Assembly: GCA_032159565.1 (NCBI GenBank)
Contig: JAVHWR010000038.1
Strand: one strand, 5' to 3'
DNA: 64,000 bases
Source of the DNA: Mycobacterium sp.
GTDB lineage: Bacteria > Actinomycetota > Actinomycetes > Mycobacteriales > Mycobacteriaceae
Part shown: positions 46,436 through 55,723 of the stretch, in pieces
Numbering within the stretch: the stretch's first letter is position 1
Layout of the letters: every line of letters begins with the position of its first letter
Position numbers and translations under genes: made by a program
Notes under the pieces: generated by a model
What the model saw: the letters and a program-made list of their open reading frames with translations, nothing else
Told to the model about the DNA's origin: nothing
Database searches by the model: none

Positions 46436-47493
46436 TAGGAACAGCGAGGAGCGGTAAAACATCAGCGAGAGCGGACCTGGCAGAGGCGGTGTCCGCGCTG
46501 CCGAGCGCGGTGAACCCGTTGGCCTTGTCGCTCAACGAGAATCCTTTCCCGCCGCTGCCCGGAGTGCGGTCTGCGCTGAGGGAGTCCGTCGATGTGGCGA
46601 ACCGGTATCCGGAGTTTCTGCCCGAGCGGCTGCGCGCTTTGATCGCGGGCCATGTCGGGGTCCGCGAGGACCAGGTGGTGATCGGCGCCGGGGCCACCGG
46701 AGTGATCATGCAGGTGTTGAGCGCAGTGACCAGTCCGGGGGACCGGATGGTGATGACGTCGCCGACGTTCGACGGCTATCCGATCTTCGCGCACATGGCC
46801 CGCCTGCTTTCGGTCACCGTGGCGCTGGACGAGCACGGCCACCACGACCTCGATGCCATGGCTGAGGCGGCCGGCCATGCACGGGTCGTGGTGGTGTGCC
46901 GTCCGCACAATCCGACCGGCACCGTCGAGCCTGCCGCGGACATCGAGTTGTTCCTGCAGCGGGTGCCGTCGGACACCGTGGTCCTGCTGGATGAGGCCTA
47001 TGTCGAATTCCTTGCTCCCGAACATCGGCTCGATGCACTCTCGCTGGTCGAGCGGTTCCCCAATGTGGTCATACTGCGCACATTTTCGAAGGCCTACGGG
47101 TTGGCCGGCCTGCGCATCGGATACGGCTTCTGCGCACCCGATCTGGCCAGGAGACTGTGGACCATGCAGTTGCCGTTCGGTATCGGCATCACCGGTCTGG
47201 TGGCGGTCGCGGCGTCCTACGATGCAGAAAGTCAGCTGCAGCAACGGATTCGGATGATCGCATCGGAGCGACGGTATCTGCGGATGCGGCTGCATTCGAT
47301 GGGGGTGTACAGCACTGACAGCCATGCGAACTTCGTGTATCTGCCTACCAACAGTCGGCCGTGGAGCCAGTTCTTCGACGACACCGGTCTGCGAATCCGC
47401 GACTACGCCAATGGCAGCGTCCGGATAACCGTCGGCAATCGTCAGTCGACCAGGGCGGTGCTGAACGCACTGGAGCCATTCGCGTCGCGCTGA
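46432..47493 (+). CDS. HisC-like class I/II PLP aminotransferase
   Basis: LSLNENP, NRYP, PHNPTG, LDEAYVEF and RTFSKAYGLAGLRIGY; GTGA overlap. The start could be further downstream. Confidence 0.9.
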   Translation: MIGTARSGKTSARADLAEAVSALPSAVNPLALSLNENPFPPLPGVRSALRESVDVANRYPEFLPERLRALIAGHVGVREDQVVIGAGATGVIMQVLSAVTSPGDRMVMTSPTFDGYPIFAHMARLLSVTVALDEHGHHDLDAMAEAAGHARVVVVCRPHNPTGTVEPAADIELFLQRVPSDTVVLLDEAYVEFLAPEHRLDALSLVERFPNVVILRTFSKAYGLAGLRIGYGFCAPDLARRLWTMQLPFGIGITGLVAVAASYDAESQLQQRIRMIASERRYLRMRLHSMGVYSTDSHANFVYLPTNSRPWSQFFDDTGLRIRDYANGSVRITVGNRQSTRAVLNALEPFASR

Positions 47494-47533
47494 AATTCGT
47501 TCACCTCGGGCGTGGGCTGCGGTATGAAGAGTC

Positions 47534-48052
47534 GTGGACTCAGAATCGCCCACGGATCCGCACAAGCGGGATCCCATCGAGCTAGCGCGTGTCAACTGGG
47601 AACGCGCCGGCTGGGGTGACGTCTCGGACGGGATGGTCGCGGTCACGTCGGTGATGCGGGCCCACCAGATCCTGCTGGCCCGCGTCGAGAACGCGTTGCG
47701 GCCGTATGACCTCAGCTTCGCACGTTACGAGCTGCTACGGCTGCTGGCGTTCAGTCGCAACGGCGCGCTGCCGATCACCAAGGCGTCCGACCGGCTGCAG
47801 GTGCACGTCACCAGCGTGACGCATGCGATCCGTCGGCTGGAAGCACACGGGCTGGTGGAGCGGCTGCCCCACCCCACCGACGGCCGCACCACGCTGGTGC
47901 AGATCACCAAGCTCGGACGTTCCACCGTCGAGGACGCGACCGTGACGCTCAACAAGGAGGTCTTCGCCGACATCGGCCTCTCCGACGACGAATCGCGGGC
48001 GCTGGCGGCATCGATCGAAACGCTACGGCGCAACGCCGGCGACTTCTCCTAG
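47534..48052 (+). CDS. MarR-family regulator (Rv0737-like)
   Basis: DPIELARVNWERAGW, LSFARYELL, HVTSVT and HPTDGRTTL. Confidence 0.9.
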   Translation: MDSESPTDPHKRDPIELARVNWERAGWGDVSDGMVAVTSVMRAHQILLARVENALRPYDLSFARYELLRLLAFSRNGALPITKASDRLQVHVTSVTHAIRRLEAHGLVERLPHPTDGRTTLVQITKLGRSTVEDATVTLNKEVFADIGLSDDESRALAASIETLRRNAGDFS

Positions 48053-49278
48053 TCCGCGACGTTGGGCAGCGGGATCGTCGCCGTGACGGCCGTCCCCGCG
48101 CCGGGTCGCGATCTGATGTTGAGCCTGCCGCCGACGATCTCGGCGCGTTCGGCCATCGACAGCAAGCCGTAGCCGCCCATCTCGTCGCTGCCCAGGGGGT
48201 GCTCGAATGTGTCGAAGCCGACCCCGTCGTCGACGATCTCCAGTCGCGCCGTGTCGTCGTCGACCGCGAACATCAGCCGCGCCGTCGACGCACCGGCGTG
48301 TTTGACGACGTTTTGCAGGCATTCCTGCGCGATGCGATACAGCGCGAGTTCGACGTGGTCGGGCAACCGCTTCTCAGCGAGTTCGACCTTGACTTCGATC
48401 TGCCCTATCGAGCGCGCCAGGCTGGCCAGCCCACCCGCCAGGCCGAGGTCGTCGAGCACCGGCGGCCGCAGGCCGCTGATCGCCGCGCGCGCTTCCTGCA
48501 GTGTCAGATCGACGAGTTCCCTTGCGATGTCCAGCTGTTCAGCCATCGCCGTAGAGTCGGTTTGCGCGACGCGCGAAGCCGCGTCGAGCCGATAGGACAG
48601 GGTGATCAGCCGCTGCGAGATGCCATCGTGGATGTCGGCCGCCAAGCGGCGACGCTCGAGCTCCTGGGCCTCGATGACCTGCTCGACGAAATTCTCGTGC
48701 GCGCGTTCGCGAGCGACCAGTTGCCGGTGCAGGCGCGCCTGGTGCAGCGCTCCGGCGATCAACCGACCGATCACCAACAGCAATTCCACATCGCCGGAGG
48801 TGAACTCGCGCCGCGCGACGGTGTGCACGTTGAGCACACCGACCAGACCGCCGGGATCGGTTTCCATCGGCACCGACACCATCGACGTGAAATCTGAACC
48901 GCGAAGCGACTGGAACGGCATGTACCGCGGATCGGATTCCTTGTCGTGGGTGATGACGACCGGCTCCCGATGGCTGGCCACCCAGCCGGAGACACCCGAA
49001 CCGAGCGGAAGCCGGATCTTGCCGACCTCGCTGTCGAACGGCGGCGTCGCCCCGGCAAGGGTCAGCGACCGGTCGCTGTCGTCGAGGACGTGCACAAAGC
49101 AGACGTCGGTGGCGGTGGCCGCGGTGATCATCTTGGCGGCTGCCGCGGCGAGCGGTTCGACGCCGGGGCCGCTGGACGCCGCCTGGATCAGTTCACGCAA
49201 CAGCGCGAGCTCGCGGTCGGCGTCGACGAGATCGCGAACCGCGTTCGGCCGCAACGGGCCTCCACCAACTGGAGTCAT
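48049..49278 (-). CDS. GAF-domain sensor histidine kinase (HisKA_3)
   Basis: N-terminal GAF; ERRRLAADIHD H-box; QECLQNVVKHA, DDGVGF and YGLLSM. Confidence 0.92.
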   Translation of the reverse strand: MTPVGGGPLRPNAVRDLVDADRELALLRELIQAASSGPGVEPLAAAAAKMITAATATDVCFVHVLDDSDRSLTLAGATPPFDSEVGKIRLPLGSGVSGWVASHREPVVITHDKESDPRYMPFQSLRGSDFTSMVSVPMETDPGGLVGVLNVHTVARREFTSGDVELLLVIGRLIAGALHQARLHRQLVARERAHENFVEQVIEAQELERRRLAADIHDGISQRLITLSYRLDAASRVAQTDSTAMAEQLDIARELVDLTLQEARAAISGLRPPVLDDLGLAGGLASLARSIGQIEVKVELAEKRLPDHVELALYRIAQECLQNVVKHAGASTARLMFAVDDDTARLEIVDDGVGFDTFEHPLGSDEMGGYGLLSMAERAEIVGGRLNIRSRPGAGTAVTATIPLPNVAD

Positions 49279-49952
49279 TGGAAGATTCCCTCGCGCAGTG
49301 CGGTGGCGACGGCGCCGGTGCGGTCACTGACGCCGAGCTTGCGGTAGATCGACCGCAGGTGCGTCTTCACTGTCTCGTCGCCGATGACCAGCTTGCCTGC
49401 GATGCCCCGGTTGGACAGGCCGTTGACGACGAGCGAAAGAATCTCGCTCTCGCGCTGGGTGAGCCCTTGCCGTGCCCCCGGCCAGAACTCGTCGCGCTGC
49501 ATCCTGGCCGCCGTGTCGGCTGCCCTGGCGGCCATGCCCGGATCGATGGCGGTCGCGCCCCGGTGCGCGAATTCGAGCTGGCGCACCAGTTCGTCGCTGC
49601 TGATGCTCTTCAAGAGGTATCCCGCTGCGCCGACCCGCAAAGCCTGAAAGAGGTATTGCTCGTCGTCGTAGACCGACAACATGACGACCTTTCGATCCGA
49701 TCGGCGCTCGCGCAGCGTCTGACACAGGTCAAGGCCGCTTGAACCCTGCATTCGAACGTCGGACAGCACGATGTCGGGATCGAGTTCGTCGACCACGCTG
49801 AGCGCTCGCTCAGCGCCGATGGCCTGCCCTACCACCGCCACCCGGTCGGAGAACGCAGCGAGCATCGCCTTGAGACCCTCGATGACCATTTCATGGTCGT
49901 CCACCAAGACGATTCGTACTGGTCTGGAGGCGAGCGGGTTGTCGGACGCCAT
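49275..49952 (-). CDS. NarL/LuxR-family response regulator
   Basis: LVDDH, SDVRM, YLLKS; LTQRESEIL...TVKTH HTH. Confidence 0.94.
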   Translation of the reverse strand: MASDNPLASRPVRIVLVDDHEMVIEGLKAMLAAFSDRVAVVGQAIGAERALSVVDELDPDIVLSDVRMQGSSGLDLCQTLRERRSDRKVVMLSVYDDEQYLFQALRVGAAGYLLKSISSDELVRQLEFAHRGATAIDPGMAARAADTAARMQRDEFWPGARQGLTQRESEILSLVVNGLSNRGIAGKLVIGDETVKTHLRSIYRKLGVSDRTGAVATALREGIFQ

Positions 49953-50005
49953 GGCAATACCTTAGAGCCGGGGTAGGAAGGCGCTCCGCAACTTGGCCTG
50001 GCCAA

Positions 50006-50021
50006 TCCCCCTAATGGGGGA
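50006..50021. promoter_or_regulatory. Palindromic site in the response regulator/HAD divergent region
   Basis: TCCCCC-TAAT-GGGGGA immediately upstream of TTGACA (50025-30). Confidence 0.5.
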
Positions 50022-50050
50022 GGCTTGACACCTGTGGTCTGGGCCACTCT

Positions 50051-50863
50051 TTGAACGTGCCTACGACACAGCAAAAGACTTGGCGTGCGGGTCGGTTCTG
50101 GTGGGACTGCGCCTCACCACTCGGCGCCAACGTGGATTCCCTCCGTGCACTGGTGTTTGACCTCGACGCGCTGGCCGACGTCGAATGCGGGGGGCATCGC
50201 GTTGCCTATAACGCCGCCTTCGCCGCTCACGGCATGAGCTTCGAGTGGTCCGTCGCGCGGTACCGGCAACTGCTGGCACTCTCCGATGAGCGTCAGCGAG
50301 TCTCGGCCGAACTGCGCAAGCGCAGCGTCTCCACCGAGTCCGATGTGCTGACCCGGTTGCTCGCCGACGACATCTATACGACCAAGACGATGGTGCTGGA
50401 CGAGATGATCCTCGACGCCGACCTGACGCCGCGGCCGGGACTGGTCGACCTCGTCATGGAGGCCTTCACCGCAGGCGTCGCGGTAGCCGTGGTCACAGGT
50501 GGCCAGCGAAGCTGGGCCGAGCCGTTGGTGCGTCAACTGATCGGCGACGGGATCGTCGAGACGGTGGTGACCGCCGACGACGTCAAGAAGCCCATGCCGG
50601 ATCCCGAAGCTTTCCGGACCGCACTGTGGGAGCTCGGGATACCCGCGGAGAATGCGCTCGCCGTCACGGGTTCCGCTTCGGGACTGCGCGCGGCTACCTC
50701 CACGGGTCTGGCCACCGCGGTCATCACCGGCGACGGTGCGCCCGAAATCCCCGCCGCGGTATCGGTCAGGCCCGACTATGCAGGCAGCGAGCCGATGCGG
50801 ATTGCGGATTGCCAACGGCTGCATCGCCGTTTCTGGGCCGGGCAGAAAGTGTCAGCGGCGTAA
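50051..50863 (+). CDS. HAD-IA (CbbY-like) hydrolase-fold protein
   Basis: LVFDLD, HRVAYNAAF, RPG, KKPMPDP; motif IV is degenerate. Start uncertain (TTG 50051 or GTG 50057). Confidence 0.8.
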   Translation: MNVPTTQQKTWRAGRFWWDCASPLGANVDSLRALVFDLDALADVECGGHRVAYNAAFAAHGMSFEWSVARYRQLLALSDERQRVSAELRKRSVSTESDVLTRLLADDIYTTKTMVLDEMILDADLTPRPGLVDLVMEAFTAGVAVAVVTGGQRSWAEPLVRQLIGDGIVETVVTADDVKKPMPDPEAFRTALWELGIPAENALAVTGSASGLRAATSTGLATAVITGDGAPEIPAAVSVRPDYAGSEPMRIADCQRLHRRFWAGQKVSAA

Positions 50864-51072
50864 ATCCGGCGACGTTCTGGTGGCGTCGCCTGTGGGCGGA
50901 ACAGCATAGCTGACGCCGCGCTGCCGGGTGCCACTTTCAGCGAACATGTAGGAAACTGTGCACATCTCTACAGATTTCGCCCTACACTGTGCCAGATCGA
51001 ATTTGCTCTAGTGTCACTTTGTCGGGGGCCATATTCGCCAATGCACACACAGGCAACCCGGGGAGGGGTCTC

Positions 51073-51933
51073 ATGACCAAAAAGCGATTTGCGCGCATCG
51101 CGACCCTGGTGGCTGGCTGCGCGCTGACCCTGACATTGACGGCGCCGGTGGCGCACGCCGACGACCTCGCCAACCTTAGAGGGATCGTCAACCGCGACCG
51201 CGCCACAACGACTTGTCAGGCATTGAAATACAACCAGACACTCCAGGACATCGGTTTCGCAATGGGCCAGTTCATCCCCGAGCCCCAAGCGTCGATTGAT
51301 CAGAAGAAGGCCCAGTACGGCGGTGATGTACTGCCTTTCATCGGTGTGGGTGATCCCATCGCCGCCGCAACAACCGATGCCTACAAGAGAGGCGCGGGAC
51401 CCGCGTTGAGCGATTGCTACTGGACCGAGTTCGGCGTGAGCTTCACCCGCTACGAAACGACCGAGACCGACTGGGTCGGCATCATATTCGGCAGGCCCGC
51501 GACGGTCACACCGCCCGTGGGTCCGGGTGTGCCGGGGGGCGCGGGCACCCCGCCCGCGGAGGAGAAAAAGGCGCTACCGCCAGTGGAGCCGAACGTAGTT
51601 TGTCCACCAGGTGGGCCGCAAAAGGAAGTTCCCCCCGGCCAAACCTGTCCGCCACCGACGAACGCCGTCACGGTGTCCTTCAATAAGCCGACATTCGGGA
51701 ACTGGACCGTGACTGTCAAGAACAACGCGGGCATCGGCGGTAGCTGCACGTACGACGCAACCCCTGTTGGCTTTGGGTTGTCAGTCCACGAGGACTTCGA
51801 CATCGGACCCAACACCAGCCACAGTTTCACTGTTCTAAACCCCGGGGTCCTCAAATACGACACGGTGACGGTTTGCACCGGTACATATGACGGCAAGCAG
51901 GTTGAGTTCGGTCGCGTCAACCAAGGGGTGTAA
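51073..51933 (+). CDS. Secreted protein of unknown function (Pro-rich linker, Cys-containing domains)
   Basis: Signal peptide MTKKRFARIATLVAGCALTLTLTAPVAHA; GGGAGG SD; own terminator. Confidence 0.8.
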   Translation: MTKKRFARIATLVAGCALTLTLTAPVAHADDLANLRGIVNRDRATTTCQALKYNQTLQDIGFAMGQFIPEPQASIDQKKAQYGGDVLPFIGVGDPIAAATTDAYKRGAGPALSDCYWTEFGVSFTRYETTETDWVGIIFGRPATVTPPVGPGVPGGAGTPPAEEKKALPPVEPNVVCPPGGPQKEVPPGQTCPPPTNAVTVSFNKPTFGNWTVTVKNNAGIGGSCTYDATPVGFGLSVHEDFDIGPNTSHSFTVLNPGVLKYDTVTVCTGTYDGKQVEFGRVNQGV

Positions 51934-51954
51934 CAAGTAATTCCCCGTCCCCGT

Positions 51955-51988
51955 CTGCCACGGCCCGGCATTGAACGGGCCGTGGCAG
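51955..51988. terminator. Hairpin terminator between convergent genes
   Basis: 13-bp perfect stem CTGCCACGGCCCG/CGGGCCGTGGCAG. Confidence 0.75.
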
Positions 51989-52009
51989 TGGCGCTCGGCC
52001 GTCGGAAAA

Positions 52010-52885
52010 TCAGTTACCGCGTAGCAGTTCGATCACCGCGCTGAAGTCCTTGTCGGCGTGGTCGGCGTTGAACTTTGCATAGATGTCGGCTGCGTGGGTG
52101 CCCAGCGGTGCGGCTGAGCCGGTCGAGTTGACCGCGTCCATCGCCAGACCGAGATCCTTGTTCATCAGCGCCGTCGCGAAGCCCGGTTTGAAGTCGTTGT
52201 TGGCGGGCGATGTCGGCACCGGGCCGGGGACCGGGCAGTTGGTGTGCACCGACCAGCAGTTGCCGGTGGCGCCTGTCATCACATCGAAGAGCGACTGCGC
52301 GGACAGGCCGAGCTTCTCGGCCAGCACGAAAGCCTCTCCGACCGCGATCTGCTGAACCGCGAGCACCATGTTGTTGCACAGTTTGGCGCTTTGGCCATTG
52401 CCGGGGCCTCCGCAGTGAATGATTTTGCCCGCCAACGGCTCCAGTACCGGCCGCGCGCGTCCGACGGCTTCATCCTCACCGCCGACCATGAACGCAAGCG
52501 TGCCCGCGGTGGCGCCCTTGACGCCACCGGATACCGGAGCGTCGAGTTGCGCGAAACCGCGGTCCACCGCTTGCTGGTGGATTTCGCGGGCGTCGGCGAC
52601 CGATATGGTAGACGTGTCGATGAACAGGGCACCGTCCTTCGCCGCGGGCAGCACCTCGTCATAGCAGGCCATGACGACCGCGCCGTTCGGCAGTGACGTG
52701 ATCACGACGTCGGCGTCAGCGACCGCCGTCGCGCCGGTGTCGAACACCGTGACACCCTTCTCCTCTGCCGCCGACTTCAGCGCAGGCACCGGGTCGTAAC
52801 CGTGCACGGTGTGGCCGGCGGCGGCGAGGTTGGCCGCCATCGGTCCGCCCATGTTGCCAAGTCCCAAGAACGCGATGCTGGTCAT
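52010..52885 (-). CDS. mmsB: 3-hydroxyisobutyrate dehydrogenase
   Basis: FLGLGNMGGPMA, DAPVSGG, AKLCNN and FATALMNKDL. Confidence 0.95.
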   Translation of the reverse strand: MTSIAFLGLGNMGGPMAANLAAAGHTVHGYDPVPALKSAAEEKGVTVFDTGATAVADADVVITSLPNGAVVMACYDEVLPAAKDGALFIDTSTISVADAREIHQQAVDRGFAQLDAPVSGGVKGATAGTLAFMVGGEDEAVGRARPVLEPLAGKIIHCGGPGNGQSAKLCNNMVLAVQQIAVGEAFVLAEKLGLSAQSLFDVMTGATGNCWSVHTNCPVPGPVPTSPANNDFKPGFATALMNKDLGLAMDAVNSTGSAAPLGTHAADIYAKFNADHADKDFSAVIELLRGN

Positions 52886-52897
52886 TGACCCTCCCGG

Positions 52898-54100
52898 TTA
52901 AGAGGCGCGGGCACGGGCGGCTGCTGCTGAATCGCGGGCTCGGCCCGCCGCAGCCCGACCGATGACCACGCGCATGATTTCGTTGGTTCCTTCAAGGATT
53001 CGATGCACCCGCAGATCGCGGACGATCTTCTCGAGTCCGTACTCGGTGAGATAGCCATAGCCGCCATGCATTTGCAACGCCTGATCGGCGACGTCGAAGC
53101 AGGTGTCGGTGACGTACCGCTTGGCCATCGCGCACAGTTCCACCTTGTCGTGGTGGTTGCTGTCAAGCGCGGTTGCCGCACGCCACAAGATTGTTCGCGA
53201 CGTCTCCAGTGCGGTGGCCATGTCGGCCAGCGTGAACCGGATCGTCGGCTCGTCCAGCAGCGGACCACCGAATGCCTGCCGGTCGGCCAGGTAGCCGGCC
53301 GCCTTGTCGTAGGCGGCCTGGGCACCGCCGAGCGAGCACGCCGCAATGTTGATTCGGCCGCCGTTGAGTCCGTTCATCGCGATCGAGAAGCCGGTGCCTT
53401 CACCCTCGGCACCGCCGAGCATCGCATCTGCCGGGATCCGGGCGCCCTCGAAGACGACCTGCGCGGTCGGCTGGGCGTGCCAGCCCATCTTCTCCTCGTC
53501 GGCGCCGAAACTGAGCCCGGGAGTGCCCTTTTCGACGATGAAAGCCGAGATGCCGCGTGGGCCCGGCTTGGTCTCGGGGTCGCCGGTTCTGGCCATCACG
53601 ATGTACACGTCGGACGCGCCGGCCCCGGAGATGAACTGCTTGACGCCGTCGAGCACGTAATGGTCGCCGTCACGTACGGCCTTCGTGCGCAGCGCGCCGG
53701 CGTCCGATCCGGCGCCGGGTTCGGTCAGGCAGTAGCTGGCGATGGCTTCCATCGACGCGAGCTTCGGCACCCACGATTTGCGTTGTTCGTGTGTGCCGTA
53801 GGTGTCCACCATCCACGCGCACATGTTGTGGATCGACAGGAACGCCGCGACGGTGGGATCGGCGGCGGCCAGTTGCTCGAAGATCCGGACGGCGTCGATG
53901 CGACGCAGACCGCTGCCGCCGGCGTCTTCGCCGCAGTAGATCGCCGCCATGCCCAGCTCCGCAGCCTCACGGAGCTCCTCGACCGGGAAGTGATGCGACT
54001 TGTCCCACTGCAACGCATTTGGGGCAAGACGCTTCTCGGCGAACGCCGCCGCCGTCTCGGCGATGACGCGTTCGTCGTCGTCCAGACCGAAGAAATCCAT
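52898..54100 (-). CDS. fadE9: Isobutyryl-CoA/acyl-CoA dehydrogenase (FadE9-like)
   Basis: YCLTEPGAGSD, KQFISG, QMHGGYGY and ILEGTNEIMR; lies between mmsA and mmsB as in Rv0752c. Confidence 0.88.
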   Translation of the reverse strand: MDFFGLDDDERVIAETAAAFAEKRLAPNALQWDKSHHFPVEELREAAELGMAAIYCGEDAGGSGLRRIDAVRIFEQLAAADPTVAAFLSIHNMCAWMVDTYGTHEQRKSWVPKLASMEAIASYCLTEPGAGSDAGALRTKAVRDGDHYVLDGVKQFISGAGASDVYIVMARTGDPETKPGPRGISAFIVEKGTPGLSFGADEEKMGWHAQPTAQVVFEGARIPADAMLGGAEGEGTGFSIAMNGLNGGRINIAACSLGGAQAAYDKAAGYLADRQAFGGPLLDEPTIRFTLADMATALETSRTILWRAATALDSNHHDKVELCAMAKRYVTDTCFDVADQALQMHGGYGYLTEYGLEKIVRDLRVHRILEGTNEIMRVVIGRAAAGRARDSAAAARARAS

Positions 54101-54116
54101 GTGGACTACTTCAGCT

Positions 54117-55637
54117 CTATTTCATGGTCGGGATGACGAACTCGGCGCCATCCTTGATGCCGGAGGGCCACCGCTCGGTCACCGTCTTCACCTTCGTGTA
54201 GAAGATGATCGATGCGGGCCCGTGTTGGTTCAGGTCTCCGAAGCCGGACCGCTTCCAGCCGCCGAACGTGTGGTAGGCCACCGGAACGGGGATCGGGACG
54301 TTGACGCCGACCATGCCGACCTGCACCCGCGACACGAAGTCACGCGCGGTGTCGCCGTCGCGGGTGAAAACCGCGACGCCGTTGCCGTACTCATGTTCGG
54401 AGGGGAGGCGCAGGGCTTCGTCGTAGTCTTTGGCGCGCACCATGCACAACACCGGCCCGAAGATCTCGTCGGTGTAGATCGACATGTCGGAGGTGACGTG
54501 ATCGAACAGCGTTGGCCCGATGAAGTAACCCTTCGACAGGTCGGCTTCATCGAAAGTCAGCTCGTCAGTGGCGCGTTCGCGTCCGTCGACCACGGCCTCC
54601 GCGCCGGCTTCCACGCCCTGGGCGATGTAGTCGCGCACGCGCTTGAGGGCCGCTTCGGTGACCAGGGGACCGTAATCTGCCTTTGGGTCAAGGCTGTGGC
54701 CGACACGCAGCGCATTGATGCGTTCGACGAGCCTGGCGCGCAACCGGTTTGCCGTCTCTTCGCCCACGGGCACCGCGACGCTGATGGCCATGCACCGCTC
54801 GCCGGCACTGCCGTAGCCGGCACCGATCAGCGCATCGACGGCCTGATCGAGGTCGGCGTCGGGCATCACGATCATGTGGTTCTTCGCACCGCCGAAGCAC
54901 TGTGCGCGTTTTCCGTTCGCCGCGGCGTTCGAGTAGATGTACTGCGCGATGTCGGAGCTGCCGACGAAGCCGACGGCCTGGATGTCGGGATGCTCGAGTA
55001 TCGCGTCGACGGCTTCCTTATCGCCCTGCACCACCTGGAACACTCCTGGCGGCAGACCGGCCTCGACGAAGAGTTCCGCGAGCCGTAGCGGGACGGACGG
55101 GTCGCGCTCGGACGGCTTGAGGATGAACGCGTTGCCGCATGCGAGGGCGGGCCCGGCCTTCCACAGCGGAATCATCGCGGGGAAGTTGAACGGGGTAATG
55201 CCGGCGACCACCCCGAGCGGCTGGCGGAGCGAGTACACGTTGATGCCGGTGCCGGCGCCCTCGGTGAACTCGCCCTTCAGCAGGTGCGGGATGCCGATCG
55301 CGAACTCGATGACCTCGATACCGCGCTGGATGTCGCCCTTGGAGTCGGGAACCGTTTTGCCGTGCTCCATTGAGAGCAGTTCGGCCAGCTCGTCGACATT
55401 GGTGTTGACCAGCTCGACGAACTTCATCATCACGCGTGCCCGGCGCTGGGGATTCCAGGCGCCCCATTTCTTTTGAGCCTCGACGGCCGAGGCCACCGCG
55501 GTGTCGACGTCGGCGGCCGACGCCAGGAGCACCTGAGCCTGTACTTCGCCGGTGCTTGGGTTCATCACGTCGGCGGTTCGGGTCGACGCCAGGTTGCTGC
55601 GTCGCCCCTCGATGAAGTGTGGAATCTGTGTGGTCAT
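54117..55637 (-). CDS. mmsA: Methylmalonate-semialdehyde dehydrogenase (CoA-acylating)
   Basis: ITPFNFPAMIPLW, KPSERDP, GAKNH, GERCMA and GFGDL. Confidence 0.95.
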   Translation of the reverse strand: MTTQIPHFIEGRRSNLASTRTADVMNPSTGEVQAQVLLASAADVDTAVASAVEAQKKWGAWNPQRRARVMMKFVELVNTNVDELAELLSMEHGKTVPDSKGDIQRGIEVIEFAIGIPHLLKGEFTEGAGTGINVYSLRQPLGVVAGITPFNFPAMIPLWKAGPALACGNAFILKPSERDPSVPLRLAELFVEAGLPPGVFQVVQGDKEAVDAILEHPDIQAVGFVGSSDIAQYIYSNAAANGKRAQCFGGAKNHMIVMPDADLDQAVDALIGAGYGSAGERCMAISVAVPVGEETANRLRARLVERINALRVGHSLDPKADYGPLVTEAALKRVRDYIAQGVEAGAEAVVDGRERATDELTFDEADLSKGYFIGPTLFDHVTSDMSIYTDEIFGPVLCMVRAKDYDEALRLPSEHEYGNGVAVFTRDGDTARDFVSRVQVGMVGVNVPIPVPVAYHTFGGWKRSGFGDLNQHGPASIIFYTKVKTVTERWPSGIKDGAEFVIPTMK

Positions 55638-55665
55638 GACCGTGCCCTCCGGCAAGAAATTCGAA

Positions 55666-55683
55666 TACTAGGATATCCTAGTA
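55666..55683. promoter_or_regulatory. Perfect 18-bp palindrome over the mmsA promoter
   Basis: TACTAGGATATCCTAGTA, 29-46 nt upstream of the mmsA ATG. Confidence 0.75.
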
Positions 55684-55723
55684 ACGCCGAGGGGTGCTGC
55701 GCAAGGGCCCGCCGATAAAGCCG

